This document shows, one piece after another, positions 48,626 to 57,906 of a stretch of DNA of 64,000 bases. The translations under genes were made by a program, and so were the position numbers. The first letter of the stretch is position 1. Each line of letters begins with the position of its first letter. The DNA comes from Erysipelotrichaceae bacterium (GTDB taxonomy: Bacteria > Bacillota_I > Bacilli_A > RF39 > UBA660): contig JALEZJ010000181.1 of the NCBI GenBank assembly GCA_022772985.1, positions 3,959-67,958 of the forward strand, in the 5' to 3' direction. The notes under the pieces were generated by a model. It was given only the letters and a program-made list of their open reading frames with translations. It was not told where the DNA came from and made no database searches.

Positions 48626-50388
48626 TTGATCAAAAATTAGCTCTAGTTCCTCATCAACCTGGTTGTTATTTGATGAAAGATAAAAATGGAATTATTATTT
48701 ATGTAGGAAAATCAAAAAATTTAAAGAATCGTCTTTCTTCTTATTTTAAATCTAGTCATACTGGAAAAACAGCAATGTTAGTCAGAGATATTGTAGATTT
48801 TGAATATATTTTAACTTCATCAGAACTAGAAGCATTATTGTTAGAAATTAATTTAATAAAAAAACATGATCCAAAATATAACATTTTACTTAGAGATGAT
48901 AAAACATATCCTTATATTGAAATTACAAATGAAAAAGTATTTCGCTTATTAGTAGTAAGAAACCCTAATATCAAAAAAAGTAAAAATACAAAACTATTTG
49001 GTCCATTTCCAAACGTAACAGCAGCTAGAAAAGTTGTAGATATGATAAATCGTATTTACCCATTAAGAAAATGCCATACTTATGAAAAAAAAGAATGTTT
49101 GTATTATCACATTCATGAGTGCCTAGGGTATTGTACAAAACAAGTAGATGATGAAACAATGAAAACAATGCGTAATGAGATCGTTTCTTTTTTAAACGGG
49201 AATCACGCTATTTTAACTAATAAATTAAAGAATCTAATGGAAGAATCATCTTCTAAATTACAGTTTGAAAAGGCTTTAGAATATAAGGAATTACTAGACT
49301 ATATTACAGTAACTTTGGAAAGACAAAAAGTAGAATTAGATGATAATTTGGATCGAGATATTATTGGATATTATACAGAAAAAAATTATTTATCCATGCA
49401 AATCTTGTTTATTAGAGGTGGAAAACTATTAGATCATAGTAGTGCTTTGTTTCCAATGATTGATACATTAGAAGAAGAAATTACAACTTATATTTCCAAA
49501 TTTTATGATAAACATAAAATGAAACCAAATGAAGTATTAGTACCAGATATTGTCAATAAAAATATGTTAAGCGAAGCATTTGATCTAAAATTTGTAACCC
49601 CTATAAGAGGGAAAAAGAAGCAAATGTTAAATTTAGCTACAGAAAATGCGAAAAATTATTTTAATGAACAATTTACTTTTATGATACAGGATGAAGAAAA
49701 AACGATGGGAGCAATTAAAACTTTAGAAAAGCTATTACATATTGATACAATTAGTCGAATAGAATTATTTGATAATTCTAATTTATTTGGTGATTTTAAC
49801 GTATCAGGAATGGTTGTATTTATTGATGGCAAGCCCGCTAAAAATGAATATCGTAAATTTAAAATTACAAAGAATATAAATGATGATTATGGTACAATGA
49901 GAGAAGTTATTTATAGAAGATATTTTAGAGTATTAAAAGATCACTTAGCACCCCCTAATTTGATTATTGTTGATGGTGGAATCGGCCAATTAAATGCCAC
50001 AAGAGAAGTACTTTCCTCTTTAAATTTAAACATTCCAACAGTTGGCTTAAAGAAAAACGAAAAACATAACACATCTGAGTTAGTAGGATTACATCCAATT
50101 CAAGTGATACCAGTAGATAAGAAAAGTAGTTTATTTCTATTATTGACCAAGATGCAAGATGAGATGCACAATTTCACAATTAATTATCATAGGCAAATCC
50201 GAAGTAAAGGAGCACTTGCTAGTATTTTAGATAATATAGAAGGAATTGGTGAAACTAGAAAAAATAAATTATTAAAAAAATATAAAACGATTTCTAAAAT
50301 GAAGGAAGCTAGTATTGAAGAATTAAAAGAAATTTTACCAGAGGAAGTTTCTATTCATTTTAAAGAAATTTTAAATAGCATGAAATAA
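48622..50388 (+). CDS. uvrC: Excinuclease ABC subunit C
   Basis: GIY-YIG (GCYLMKDKNGIIIYVGKSKNLKNRLSSY), a UVR domain (FEKALEYKELLDYI), a C-terminal endonuclease domain and HhH (IEGIGETRKNKLLKKY). Start at ATG 48622. Confidence 0.95.
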   Translation: MIDQKLALVPHQPGCYLMKDKNGIIIYVGKSKNLKNRLSSYFKSSHTGKTAMLVRDIVDFEYILTSSELEALLLEINLIKKHDPKYNILLRDDKTYPYIEITNEKVFRLLVVRNPNIKKSKNTKLFGPFPNVTAARKVVDMINRIYPLRKCHTYEKKECLYYHIHECLGYCTKQVDDETMKTMRNEIVSFLNGNHAILTNKLKNLMEESSSKLQFEKALEYKELLDYITVTLERQKVELDDNLDRDIIGYYTEKNYLSMQILFIRGGKLLDHSSALFPMIDTLEEEITTYISKFYDKHKMKPNEVLVPDIVNKNMLSEAFDLKFVTPIRGKKKQMLNLATENAKNYFNEQFTFMIQDEEKTMGAIKTLEKLLHIDTISRIELFDNSNLFGDFNVSGMVVFIDGKPAKNEYRKFKITKNINDDYGTMREVIYRRYFRVLKDHLAPPNLIIVDGGIGQLNATREVLSSLNLNIPTVGLKKNEKHNTSELVGLHPIQVIPVDKKSSLFLLLTKMQDEMHNFTINYHRQIRSKGALASILDNIEGIGETRKNKLLKKYKTISKMKEASIEELKEILPEEVSIHFKEILNSMK

Positions 50389-50410
50389 AAATTATAAGAA
50401 AGGAATGAAG

Positions 50411-50899
50411 ATGGATAATAAAATAGAGTTAGAAGATTTGCTGTTGATAAAAGTAGATAAGAATAATTTAAAACATTTAGAATATTTAAAAAAATTATTC
50501 CAAAATAAAGAAGATAAATCGATGGATTTCTTAGGCCAATTAGATCAACAAATTGATGATAATACCTTTATTGTTCAAAATAAACATGATAAGAAAGTTG
50601 GTTATTTTGCAATGTCAAAACCAGTGATTAATTATTTAGGATTATCCTCTATTAGCCTATATTATACGATAGAACCAACTTATCGATCTAAAGGGTATGC
50701 AACGATATTACTACAAGAGATGAGTCAGTATCTTTTAGAAAAAAACGATATGTTAGTTTTAAATATTCATAAAAAGAATTTAGCCTCAAGAAGAGTTGCT
50801 GAAAAAGCAGGATTTCAATTAGAATTTACTAGTGATGAGGAAGAAGAAGAAATTTATACTAAGTATGCACAGAAACAAAAGAAAATAAGAAGGTGGTAA
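50411..50899 (+). CDS. GNAT-family N-acetyltransferase
   Basis: It has a motif A-like YRSKGYATILLQEM and NLASRRVAEKAGFQLEF. About 160 aa. GAAAGGA RBS before ATG 50411. Confidence 0.7.
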   Translation: MDNKIELEDLLLIKVDKNNLKHLEYLKKLFQNKEDKSMDFLGQLDQQIDDNTFIVQNKHDKKVGYFAMSKPVINYLGLSSISLYYTIEPTYRSKGYATILLQEMSQYLLEKNDMLVLNIHKKNLASRRVAEKAGFQLEFTSDEEEEEIYTKYAQKQKKIRRW

Positions 50900-50906
50900 G
50901 TGTTTT

Positions 50907-52736
50907 ATGAGTAAAATAAAAGTAATGGATGAACTACTGGCCAATAAAATAGCAGCAGGAGAAGTAGTAGAAAAATGTGTTTCCATCGTAAAAGAATTAG
51001 TAGAAAATAGCATTGATGCAGGTGCTACAGAGATTAAGATTGAATTAAAAGAAGCTGGTATTAGAGAAATTAAGGTAATTGATAATGGGATAGGCATGGA
51101 TTCTAATGATGCCTTATTAGCTTTCCAAAGACATGCTACTAGTAAGCTATACAATGTAGATGATTTATTTAATATTTCATCTTTAGGTTTTCGTGGTGAG
51201 GCTTTACCTTCCATTGCTTCCGTTAGTGAGGTCATCTTAAAAACTTGTCAGAACGATATTGGTTCACTTATTCATATAAAGGGTGGTCATGTATTAGAAA
51301 ATACTTTATGTGAATCTAGAATAGGAACTAGTATTACAGTAAGCAATCTTTTTTATAATACACCGGCTAGATTAAAGCATTTGTCTAGCATTTATTCAGA
51401 ACTGGCTAATATTAGTGACTATATCAATAAAATGGCTTTATCTTATCCTAAAGTAAAGTTCTTATTAACTAATGACGAAAAAGAGTTATTAAATACGGAT
51501 GGAAGTGGAAATTTATTAAAAGTCATTAAAGCAATTTACGGCCTAGATGTTACGAAAAAGATGCTATCAGTATCTAGCGAAAATGAAGATTATCATGTAT
51601 CAGGATATATCTCTATGCCCGAAGTAAATCGAGCTAGTCGCAATTATATGACTACAATAGTAAATGGAAGAGTTATTAAAAATGCCAGTTTAAACAAAAG
51701 TATTAATGAGGCTTATAGTAGTTTTAAAGAAGATACAAGATATCCTATTGTAGTTTTAATAATTGAAACGGATCCTAGTTTAATTGATGTAAACATTCAT
51801 CCTTCTAAGTTAGATATTAAGTTTAGTAATTTTGAAGAATTGAAACAATTAATTAACGAAATGATCATTCAAACAATTCGTGGAAAATCATTAATTCCTA
51901 AAATAGAAAAAAAAGAGTCCAAGCCCACAATAAAGTATGAAAACTTATCCTTAGATTTAGAGAGAAATATAGTCTCTGAAGGAGAAAATACGGATGAAGT
52001 TGAGTATCAAGCACGTTTATCTAATTTAGTAAATTTTAAAGAATCCTCTAACTTATGGGAAGAATTAGAGAAAAAAAATAATCAGGAAAATAAACAACCC
52101 TCTCAAGAGGAAACAACATCTTGTATAGAAGAAATATCATCAGAACAGGATAAATTGCCGGAGTTATATCCTATTGGATTAGCTCTTGGAACCTATATAG
52201 TTTGTGAGAATGAAAAAGGAATTTATTTAATTGATCAACATGCAGCACAAGAAAGAATTAATTATGAAAAATATTCTTATTTATTATCACACCCATCGAA
52301 AAACACAATCGACACCATTGTTCCTATCATAATAGAATTACCTATGAACGAATTTTTAATCATTAAGAAAAATTTAGAGATATTAGAAAACTTAAATATC
52401 CATGTAGAAGAGTTTGGCAGTAGTTCTTTTCGAATTACCACTCATCCAACTTGGTTTTCTAAAAATAATCCAGATAAAATAATCCAAGGAATATTTGAAC
52501 AAATTGTAAAGGAAGAAAAAAATTTCGATTTAGCTAAATTTAATGATCATTTAGCAGCAACGATCGCTTGTAAGGCTAGTGTAAAGGCCAATACTAGAAT
52601 TACGAAAGAAGATATGGAAAGTATCATCAATCAATTAAGAAGATGCAACAATCCCTTTAATTGTCCACATGGAAGACCAACAATTATTGAATTTACCATT
52701 TATGAATTAGAAAAAATGTTTAAAAGGAGTATATAA
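50907..52736 (+). CDS. mutL: DNA mismatch repair protein MutL
   Basis: GHKL ATPase motifs (ANKIAAGEVVE, VKELVENSIDAGA, DNGIGM, GFRGEAL) and a C-terminal dimerisation/endonuclease region (DQHAAQERI, CPHGRP). Confidence 0.95.
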   Translation: MSKIKVMDELLANKIAAGEVVEKCVSIVKELVENSIDAGATEIKIELKEAGIREIKVIDNGIGMDSNDALLAFQRHATSKLYNVDDLFNISSLGFRGEALPSIASVSEVILKTCQNDIGSLIHIKGGHVLENTLCESRIGTSITVSNLFYNTPARLKHLSSIYSELANISDYINKMALSYPKVKFLLTNDEKELLNTDGSGNLLKVIKAIYGLDVTKKMLSVSSENEDYHVSGYISMPEVNRASRNYMTTIVNGRVIKNASLNKSINEAYSSFKEDTRYPIVVLIIETDPSLIDVNIHPSKLDIKFSNFEELKQLINEMIIQTIRGKSLIPKIEKKESKPTIKYENLSLDLERNIVSEGENTDEVEYQARLSNLVNFKESSNLWEELEKKNNQENKQPSQEETTSCIEEISSEQDKLPELYPIGLALGTYIVCENEKGIYLIDQHAAQERINYEKYSYLLSHPSKNTIDTIVPIIIELPMNEFLIIKKNLEILENLNIHVEEFGSSSFRITTHPTWFSKNNPDKIIQGIFEQIVKEEKNFDLAKFNDHLAATIACKASVKANTRITKEDMESIINQLRRCNNPFNCPHGRPTIIEFTIYELEKMFKRSI

Positions 52737-52950
52737 AAAAAGAGTAAGTATTGAATAATAACACTGTTAATAACTATCTATTAGCAATTACCAATCCAAA
52801 AGAAAAAGAGGATAACAGGCAAGATTTATAAATCAATATTTTATCTTTTTTTCATCTCTCGTTAAATAAATCTTTTTTTTCTAATTGAATTTAGATTATT
52901 GTATGTAAGCAAATATTTTGTTATAATAAAGAAAGAATGGATGTGAGTTT

Positions 52951-53832
52951 ATGAATGGAAAATTATTAAAAGTTGTTCAATATAATCTAGAGTTTGGATC
53001 AAAAGAGCGATTTGTAAATGTTTTTAGCTGTTTTAAGCATAAACCAACTAGCAATTTGTATTTGATCTATGCGGATGTTGATACAAAATATAATATAATT
53101 TATTATGGTAGTGCTCATATTAAATAAGATTCTATTCTTTCTATGCAATGTCGCAATCAAAAAGAAGAAGAAATTATCAAAGAATATATATTTAAAGTCA
53201 CAAATCAGGAAGCAATCGATGATTTTGAAGTGATTCCTTTGGATAAAGTAGAAAAAATTGAAATTATTGCTTCTAATAAATTTGAAGTAAAACCGGAAGT
53301 GATTGCTTCTTTAGTAGAAATGACATTACCAAAAAAAGATGTAAGCAAAGAAGAAAAGAGTTCTAAGCAAAAGAAAAGAAAATCAAAAAAAGGACTTGTA
53401 TTTCTACTATTAGCAGTCATATTAATTGGAATTGGTGGCTATTATTATTTTTCTACTTTACCATCAAAGAATATGGTTGCAAAGCAAATTATTTGTGAGA
53501 AAGAATATTCTCACAACGATTTAAAAGCGACAGTTTTTGAGACAAATACTTATAATTTTAATAATCAAGATATATTAGAAAAAGTAGATACAACAATGAT
53601 TTATCAATTTGAAGAATCAGATTATCAAGAATTTATTATGAAAGGAACTTATTACAAATATATGCCCGATTCCAATACAGAAGGTGGATGGGATAAGGAT
53701 GATACTTCTTATACATTTAAAGTTATGATAAAAGAAGAAATTGATGCTAGTTACAATAAACCTACTGCGTATGAGGAAGTACTTAGTTATTACAAGAAAG
53801 AAGGCTATACTTGTAAGGAAGATATAAAGTAG
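52951..53832 (+). pseudogene. Membrane-anchored protein gene interrupted by a single in-frame TAA (53125-53127), or two adjacent ORFs
   Basis: ORF 52951-53127 (MNGKLLKVVQYNLEFGSKERF...YYGSAHIK*) is in the same frame as the listed ORF 53143-53832. The latter has no RBS and an implausible MQCRNQ start. One TM (GLVFLLLAVILIGIGGYYYF) lies in the downstream part. Confidence 0.45.
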
Positions 53833-53839
53833 GGATAAT

Positions 53840-54784
53840 ATGAGCAATTTTTATCTTTTATACGGCCCAGATAAATCTTTTCTTCAGCATGAGTTAGATA
53901 AATTACTATCAAAATTAAAAATAAAAGATATCATTCGATATCATATGGCAACTAGTAGTATTTTGGATGTTGTAGAAGATGCATCAACGATTGGCTTATT
54001 CAGTTCTAACAAAGTAATAATATTAGAAGATTGTTATTTCTTATCTGCAAATAAAACAATTGATGATCTAGAAGTTTTAGAACGTTACGTAAAAAAATAT
54101 AATCCAAACAACTATTGTATCCTACTAGCTTATACAGAAAAAATAGATACTAGAAAAAAAATATATAAATTGTTAAATGAGAATGGAAAAATAATAGAAT
54201 TAAAAAAAGTTGATCAAGAATATTTAAAAAAATATATAGAAGATATTTTAAAACAAAAAAACTATCAAATGGAAGATATAAATTATTTTTTAGATAAAAC
54301 AGGAAGTAGCTTATCCAATATACAAAATGAACTAGATAAATTAATGATGTATCGATTAGAAAGTAAAAAAATTGTTCGAGAAGATATAGATAAAATCACT
54401 ATGTTATCTGTTGAAGATGAAATATTTTCTTTATCGGACGCAATTATTGCAAAAGATGTTTCTAAGTCATTAAAACTTTTAGAAGAATTTTTAAATAAAG
54501 GTTATGATGAGATACAAATGATTATGTTATTAGCAAGCCAATTTCGATTTTTATTTCAGGTGAAAAGATTACAAAACAAAAATAAGTCTGAAGGCGAAAT
54601 TGCCAAAATATTAGAGGTAAATCCTTATCGCGTAAAATTTACAACAAAAAAGTTATACACGTATTCAGAAGACATGCTGTTAGAGTATATTCAAAAATTA
54701 GCAAAAATGGATCATGACATCAAGTTAGGAATTATGGATAAAAAGTTAGCATTAGAATTATTCGTTATTGAAAATCATTACTGA
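53840..54784 (+). CDS. holA: DNA polymerase III delta subunit
   Basis: 314 aa. An N-terminal FYLLYGPDKSFL start, an AAA+-like lid and a C-terminal helical domain (NPYRVKFTTKK) fit HolA. AGGGA RBS. Confidence 0.75.
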   Translation: MSNFYLLYGPDKSFLQHELDKLLSKLKIKDIIRYHMATSSILDVVEDASTIGLFSSNKVIILEDCYFLSANKTIDDLEVLERYVKKYNPNNYCILLAYTEKIDTRKKIYKLLNENGKIIELKKVDQEYLKKYIEDILKQKNYQMEDINYFLDKTGSSLSNIQNELDKLMMYRLESKKIVREDIDKITMLSVEDEIFSLSDAIIAKDVSKSLKLLEEFLNKGYDEIQMIMLLASQFRFLFQVKRLQNKNKSEGEIAKILEVNPYRVKFTTKKLYTYSEDMLLEYIQKLAKMDHDIKLGIMDKKLALELFVIENHY

Positions 54785-54797
54785 AAGGACGAAACAG

Positions 54798-55454
54798 ATG
54801 TTAAAGTCAAAAAAAAATAGTTTTAAAATTTTAAAACTAGGAAGAAAAGAATTTGTTTTTTTGGTCATAGTATTTGCATTTTGTATGATGGTAATGGGAA
54901 GTACTTATGCCTATCTTTATATGAATGGTCAAAAAGCAAATACTATGGTGGGCAATTTAGGAACTGTTAAAATTGAACTTTCAATAGAAAAAATAGTACC
55001 TAGTACAGAATCCCCTTTGGTACCATTACTAGACGATGCTTTAGAAAATGCAATCATTGGAACGAACGGAAGTAGTGCTTGCATAGATAGTAATTCTAAT
55101 CTATCCTGTCAAGTATATAAAATTAACGTTACAAACACAGGAAAAACGAATTTAAAACTAAAAAGTACAATTACTTTAACTTCTAATAATTCTAATTATA
55201 CAAATTTAAAATGGCGGGAATTAGAAAATCCTACAACGATAAAATCCAATTCCATAATTCATGGAATGGAAACATCCATTTTAGATGATAGTCTGATTTT
55301 AAATCAAGACAAGACAGAAAGTTATTACATTGCCGTATGGATAAGTGAAATAGGTAGTAATCAAATTTACTATGATTATGGTTCCTTTCAAGGACTCGTT
55401 CAAGTAAATAATTCTGAAGGAGATGGGACTACCGCGATATTTGGTGGAGAGTAA
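54798..55454 (+). CDS. Secreted TasA/camelysin-like protein with a SipW-type signal peptide
   Basis: The N-terminus KKNSFKILKLGRKEFVFLVIVFAFCMMVMGSTYAYLY...NTMVGNLGTVKIEL parallels the TasA-type signal (GGGTWAAF...ATFASGTLDL). A beta-rich body follows. ATG 54798 behind AAAGGA is preferred to the listed 54768. Confidence 0.45.
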   Translation: MLKSKKNSFKILKLGRKEFVFLVIVFAFCMMVMGSTYAYLYMNGQKANTMVGNLGTVKIELSIEKIVPSTESPLVPLLDDALENAIIGTNGSSACIDSNSNLSCQVYKINVTNTGKTNLKLKSTITLTSNNSNYTNLKWRELENPTTIKSNSIIHGMETSILDDSLILNQDKTESYYIAVWISEIGSNQIYYDYGSFQGLVQVNNSEGDGTTAIFGGE

Positions 55455-55702
55455 TACCTCAAATAAGTATCAAGACAAACTTGATACTAGCAATCGTATT
55501 TTTTCTAAGAAAGAAGGAGTAAAAATAAGTAATTTCAAGAAAAAACAAAAAAATACTTGTGTAAGAATATAAATTATGGTAAGATAGATCTGGCTTTTCA
55601 AAAATATTCACAAATACTGATTTATTTCTTCTAGTGCTTAAATATTTAGGTGAAGAAATAAAGAAGAAGTATTTGGAAGCAAAACAAAGGAGGAATTAAT
55701 TT

Positions 55703-56653
55703 ATGGCAGTAGTATCTATGAGCTACTTATTAGAAGCAGGGGTACACTTTGGACATCAAACGAAAAGATGGAACCCTAAAATGAAAGAGTATATCTACAA
55801 TTCTCGTGACGATATTTATATTATCGATTTACAAAAAACAGTAGAAAAAATGGAAGAAGCGTATGAAGCTTTAACAAAAATTGTATCGGAAGGTGGAACA
55901 GTTCTTTATGTTGGAACTAAAAAACAAGCTAGTGAGGTATGTCGTGATGAAGCTACTCGTAGTGGTATGTATTATATGACAGAACGTTGGCTTGGCGGTA
56001 CATTAACAAACTTCAAAACCATTAGAAGAAGAGTAAAAAGATTAGATGAAATCGAGAAGATGGAAGCTGATGGCACATTTGATAAATTACCAAAAAAAGA
56101 AGTAATCGGTCTTAAAAAGGAATATGATAAGTTAAACAAAAACTTATGTGGTATTCGTGAAATGACAAAATTACCACAAGCTTTAATTATTGTAGATTCT
56201 ATGAAAGAAGAAAATGCAATTAAGGAAGCAAAAAAATTAGGAATTCCCGTATTTGGAATTATTGATACCAATTGCGATCCAGACATGGTAGATTATGTCA
56301 TTCCAGGAAATGATGATGCAGTTCGTGCAATTAAAGTAGTTTTAGGAGCTTTAACAAATGCAATTGTTGAAGTAAAAGGTGGAACGATTGTGGACTATGT
56401 AACAGAAGATGAATCAAGAAAGTCTGCAAGAGTACAAGAGAAAAAAGAAAAAAGAAATGAAGCAAAATTTTTAGAAAAGAAAGAAAAAAGAAATGAAGTA
56501 AAAAATGAAAAGCCAGAACCAGAAAAAATTGTAGAACCTAAATTAGATTTAACGATTCTTACAGTAAACGAGTTAAGAGAGTTAGCTAAGAAAAAAGAAA
56601 TTAAAGGTTATTCTAAAATGAAAAAAGAAGAATTAATTGAAGTTTTAAAATAG
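55703..56653 (+). CDS. rpsB: 30S ribosomal protein S2 with an ~80-aa C-terminal extension ending in a Rho_N/SAP-like module
   Basis: The S2 core is present ([37 protein letters not shown]). It is followed by a Lys/Glu-rich repeat ([10 protein letters not shown] / [10 protein letters not shown]) and [31 protein letters not shown]. Confidence 0.95.
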   Translation: MAVVSMSYLLEAGVHFGHQTKRWNPKMKEYIYNSRDDIYIIDLQKTVEKMEEAYEALTKIVSEGGTVLYVGTKKQASEVCRDEATRSGMYYMTERWLGGTLTNFKTIRRRVKRLDEIEKMEADGTFDKLPKKEVIGLKKEYDKLNKNLCGIREMTKLPQALIIVDSMKEENAIKEAKKLGIPVFGIIDTNCDPDMVDYVIPGNDDAVRAIKVVLGALTNAIVEVKGGTIVDYVTEDESRKSARVQEKKEKRNEAKFLEKKEKRNEVKNEKPEPEKIVEPKLDLTILTVNELRELAKKKEIKGYSKMKKEELIEVLK

Positions 56654-56668
56654 AAGGGATGTGTATGT

Positions 56669-57541
56669 ATGATTAGTGCAAGCATGGTAAAAGAATTACG
56701 TGAAACTAGTGGAGCAGGAATGCTTGATTGTAAAAAAGCTTTAGAAGCTACAAACGGCAATATGGAAGACGCTATGAATTGGCTAAGAGAAAAAGGAATT
56801 TCTAAGGCTGCAAAAAAGGCATCTCGAATTGCTGCAGAGGGGTTAGCACTTGCTAAAATAGATGGAAATAAAGCAGTGGTTGTAGAAGTAAATTCCGAGA
56901 CAGACTTTGTAGCAAAAAATGAAGAATTCAAAACTTTAGTAGATGATATAGCAACTGTTATTTTGAACAACAATGTTATAACGGAAGAAGAAGCCCTAGA
57001 ATTAAAATTAAATGGGAAAACTTTATCAGAAGTAATTTCAGAAAAAATTGGTACAATTGGAGAAAAGTTATCATTTAGAAGATTTGAAGTGATTACAAAA
57101 GAAGATAATCAGGTTTTTGGCACTTATTCTCATATGGGTGGCAAAATCGTTACAGTAGTGGTTATGGATGGTGATGATACAGAACTTGCAAAAGATATTG
57201 CAATGCAAGCAGCAGCAATGAAACCATTATATTTAAACCGTGACGAAGTTCCTAGCGAAGTAATAGAAAAAGAAAAAGCTATTTTAATGGAACAAGCAGA
57301 AAATGAAGGTTTAGATGAAAATAAATTACCAATGATTGTCAATGGTAGATTAAATAAATACTATGAAGAAGTTTGCTTAGTAGATCAAGCATTTATTAAG
57401 GAAAACAAAGTAAAAGTTTCGAAGTATGTAGAATCTAAACATAGTAGTATTATTAGATTTGTTCGTTATGAAGTTGGAGAAGGAATTGAAAAAAAATGTG
57501 AAAACTTCGCTGATGAAGTAATGAAACAAATTAATGGATAA
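56669..57541 (+). CDS. tsf: Elongation factor Ts
   Basis: An N-terminal UBA-like MVKELRETSGAGMLDCKKALE, and the EF-Ts core (VEVNSETDFVAKNEEF, QAAAMKP). Confidence 0.95.
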   Translation: MISASMVKELRETSGAGMLDCKKALEATNGNMEDAMNWLREKGISKAAKKASRIAAEGLALAKIDGNKAVVVEVNSETDFVAKNEEFKTLVDDIATVILNNNVITEEEALELKLNGKTLSEVISEKIGTIGEKLSFRRFEVITKEDNQVFGTYSHMGGKIVTVVVMDGDDTELAKDIAMQAAAMKPLYLNRDEVPSEVIEKEKAILMEQAENEGLDENKLPMIVNGRLNKYYEEVCLVDQAFIKENKVKVSKYVESKHSSIIRFVRYEVGEGIEKKCENFADEVMKQING

Positions 57542-57550
57542 AATAAGAAG

Positions 57551-57576
57551 GGTACTAGCAAACTAGTATCTTTTTT
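57551..57576 (+). terminator. Rho-independent terminator after tsf
   Basis: ggtactag / loop caaa / ctagtatc, followed by tttttt. Confidence 0.7.
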
Positions 57577-57852
57577 CTTCTTTTAAAGTAACAATATTTA
57601 AAAAAAGTACTTCTTTTTTTAATTTTTATATAGGATTTAAATAAATATAAATTTTGTTCATTCAACAAAAACTAAAAAAATAATATCATCAACAGTATTT
57701 GAAATAAAAAATTTTTAGATAATATTGATTTATAAAAAGATAAAAAAATACCAGATGATAAAAAAGCAATTGATAAAAAATTAAGTATTTCAAAACACGA
57801 ATTCTAATTAAAAAAGTAAAAAATTTCAAACAAAAAACACCTAAAAAAATGA

Positions 57853-57881
57853 TTGAAAAAAATAAAAGGATATGTTAAAAT
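57853..57881 (+). promoter_or_regulatory. Sigma-A type promoter for the 636-aa orphan gene
   Basis: TTGAAA (57853-57858), 17-nt spacer, TGtTAAAAT extended -10 (57873-57881). It lies inside the N-terminal extension of the listed ORF. Confidence 0.55.
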
Positions 57882-57906
57882 AATTGGAAGATTAGGGGGA
57901 AATAAG

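Noticed and set aside
50819-51235. 138-aa minus-strand ORF across the GNAT end and mutL start; similar antisense ORFs occur at 55972-56286, 56608-56973, 57130-57342 and 61641-62015
   Set aside because: All lie opposite highly conserved genes (mutL, rpsB, tsf, clpB) and lack RBSs. They reflect the codon bias of the sense strand. Their length is notable for an AT-rich genome, but nothing supports expression.
57580-57850. Repeated GATAAAAAA motifs in the A-rich spacer upstream of the orphan gene, considered as phased A-tracts or operator repeats
   Set aside because: The spacings (18 and 15 nt) are not helically phased, and the motif is hardly distinguishable from the surrounding poly-A-rich background.
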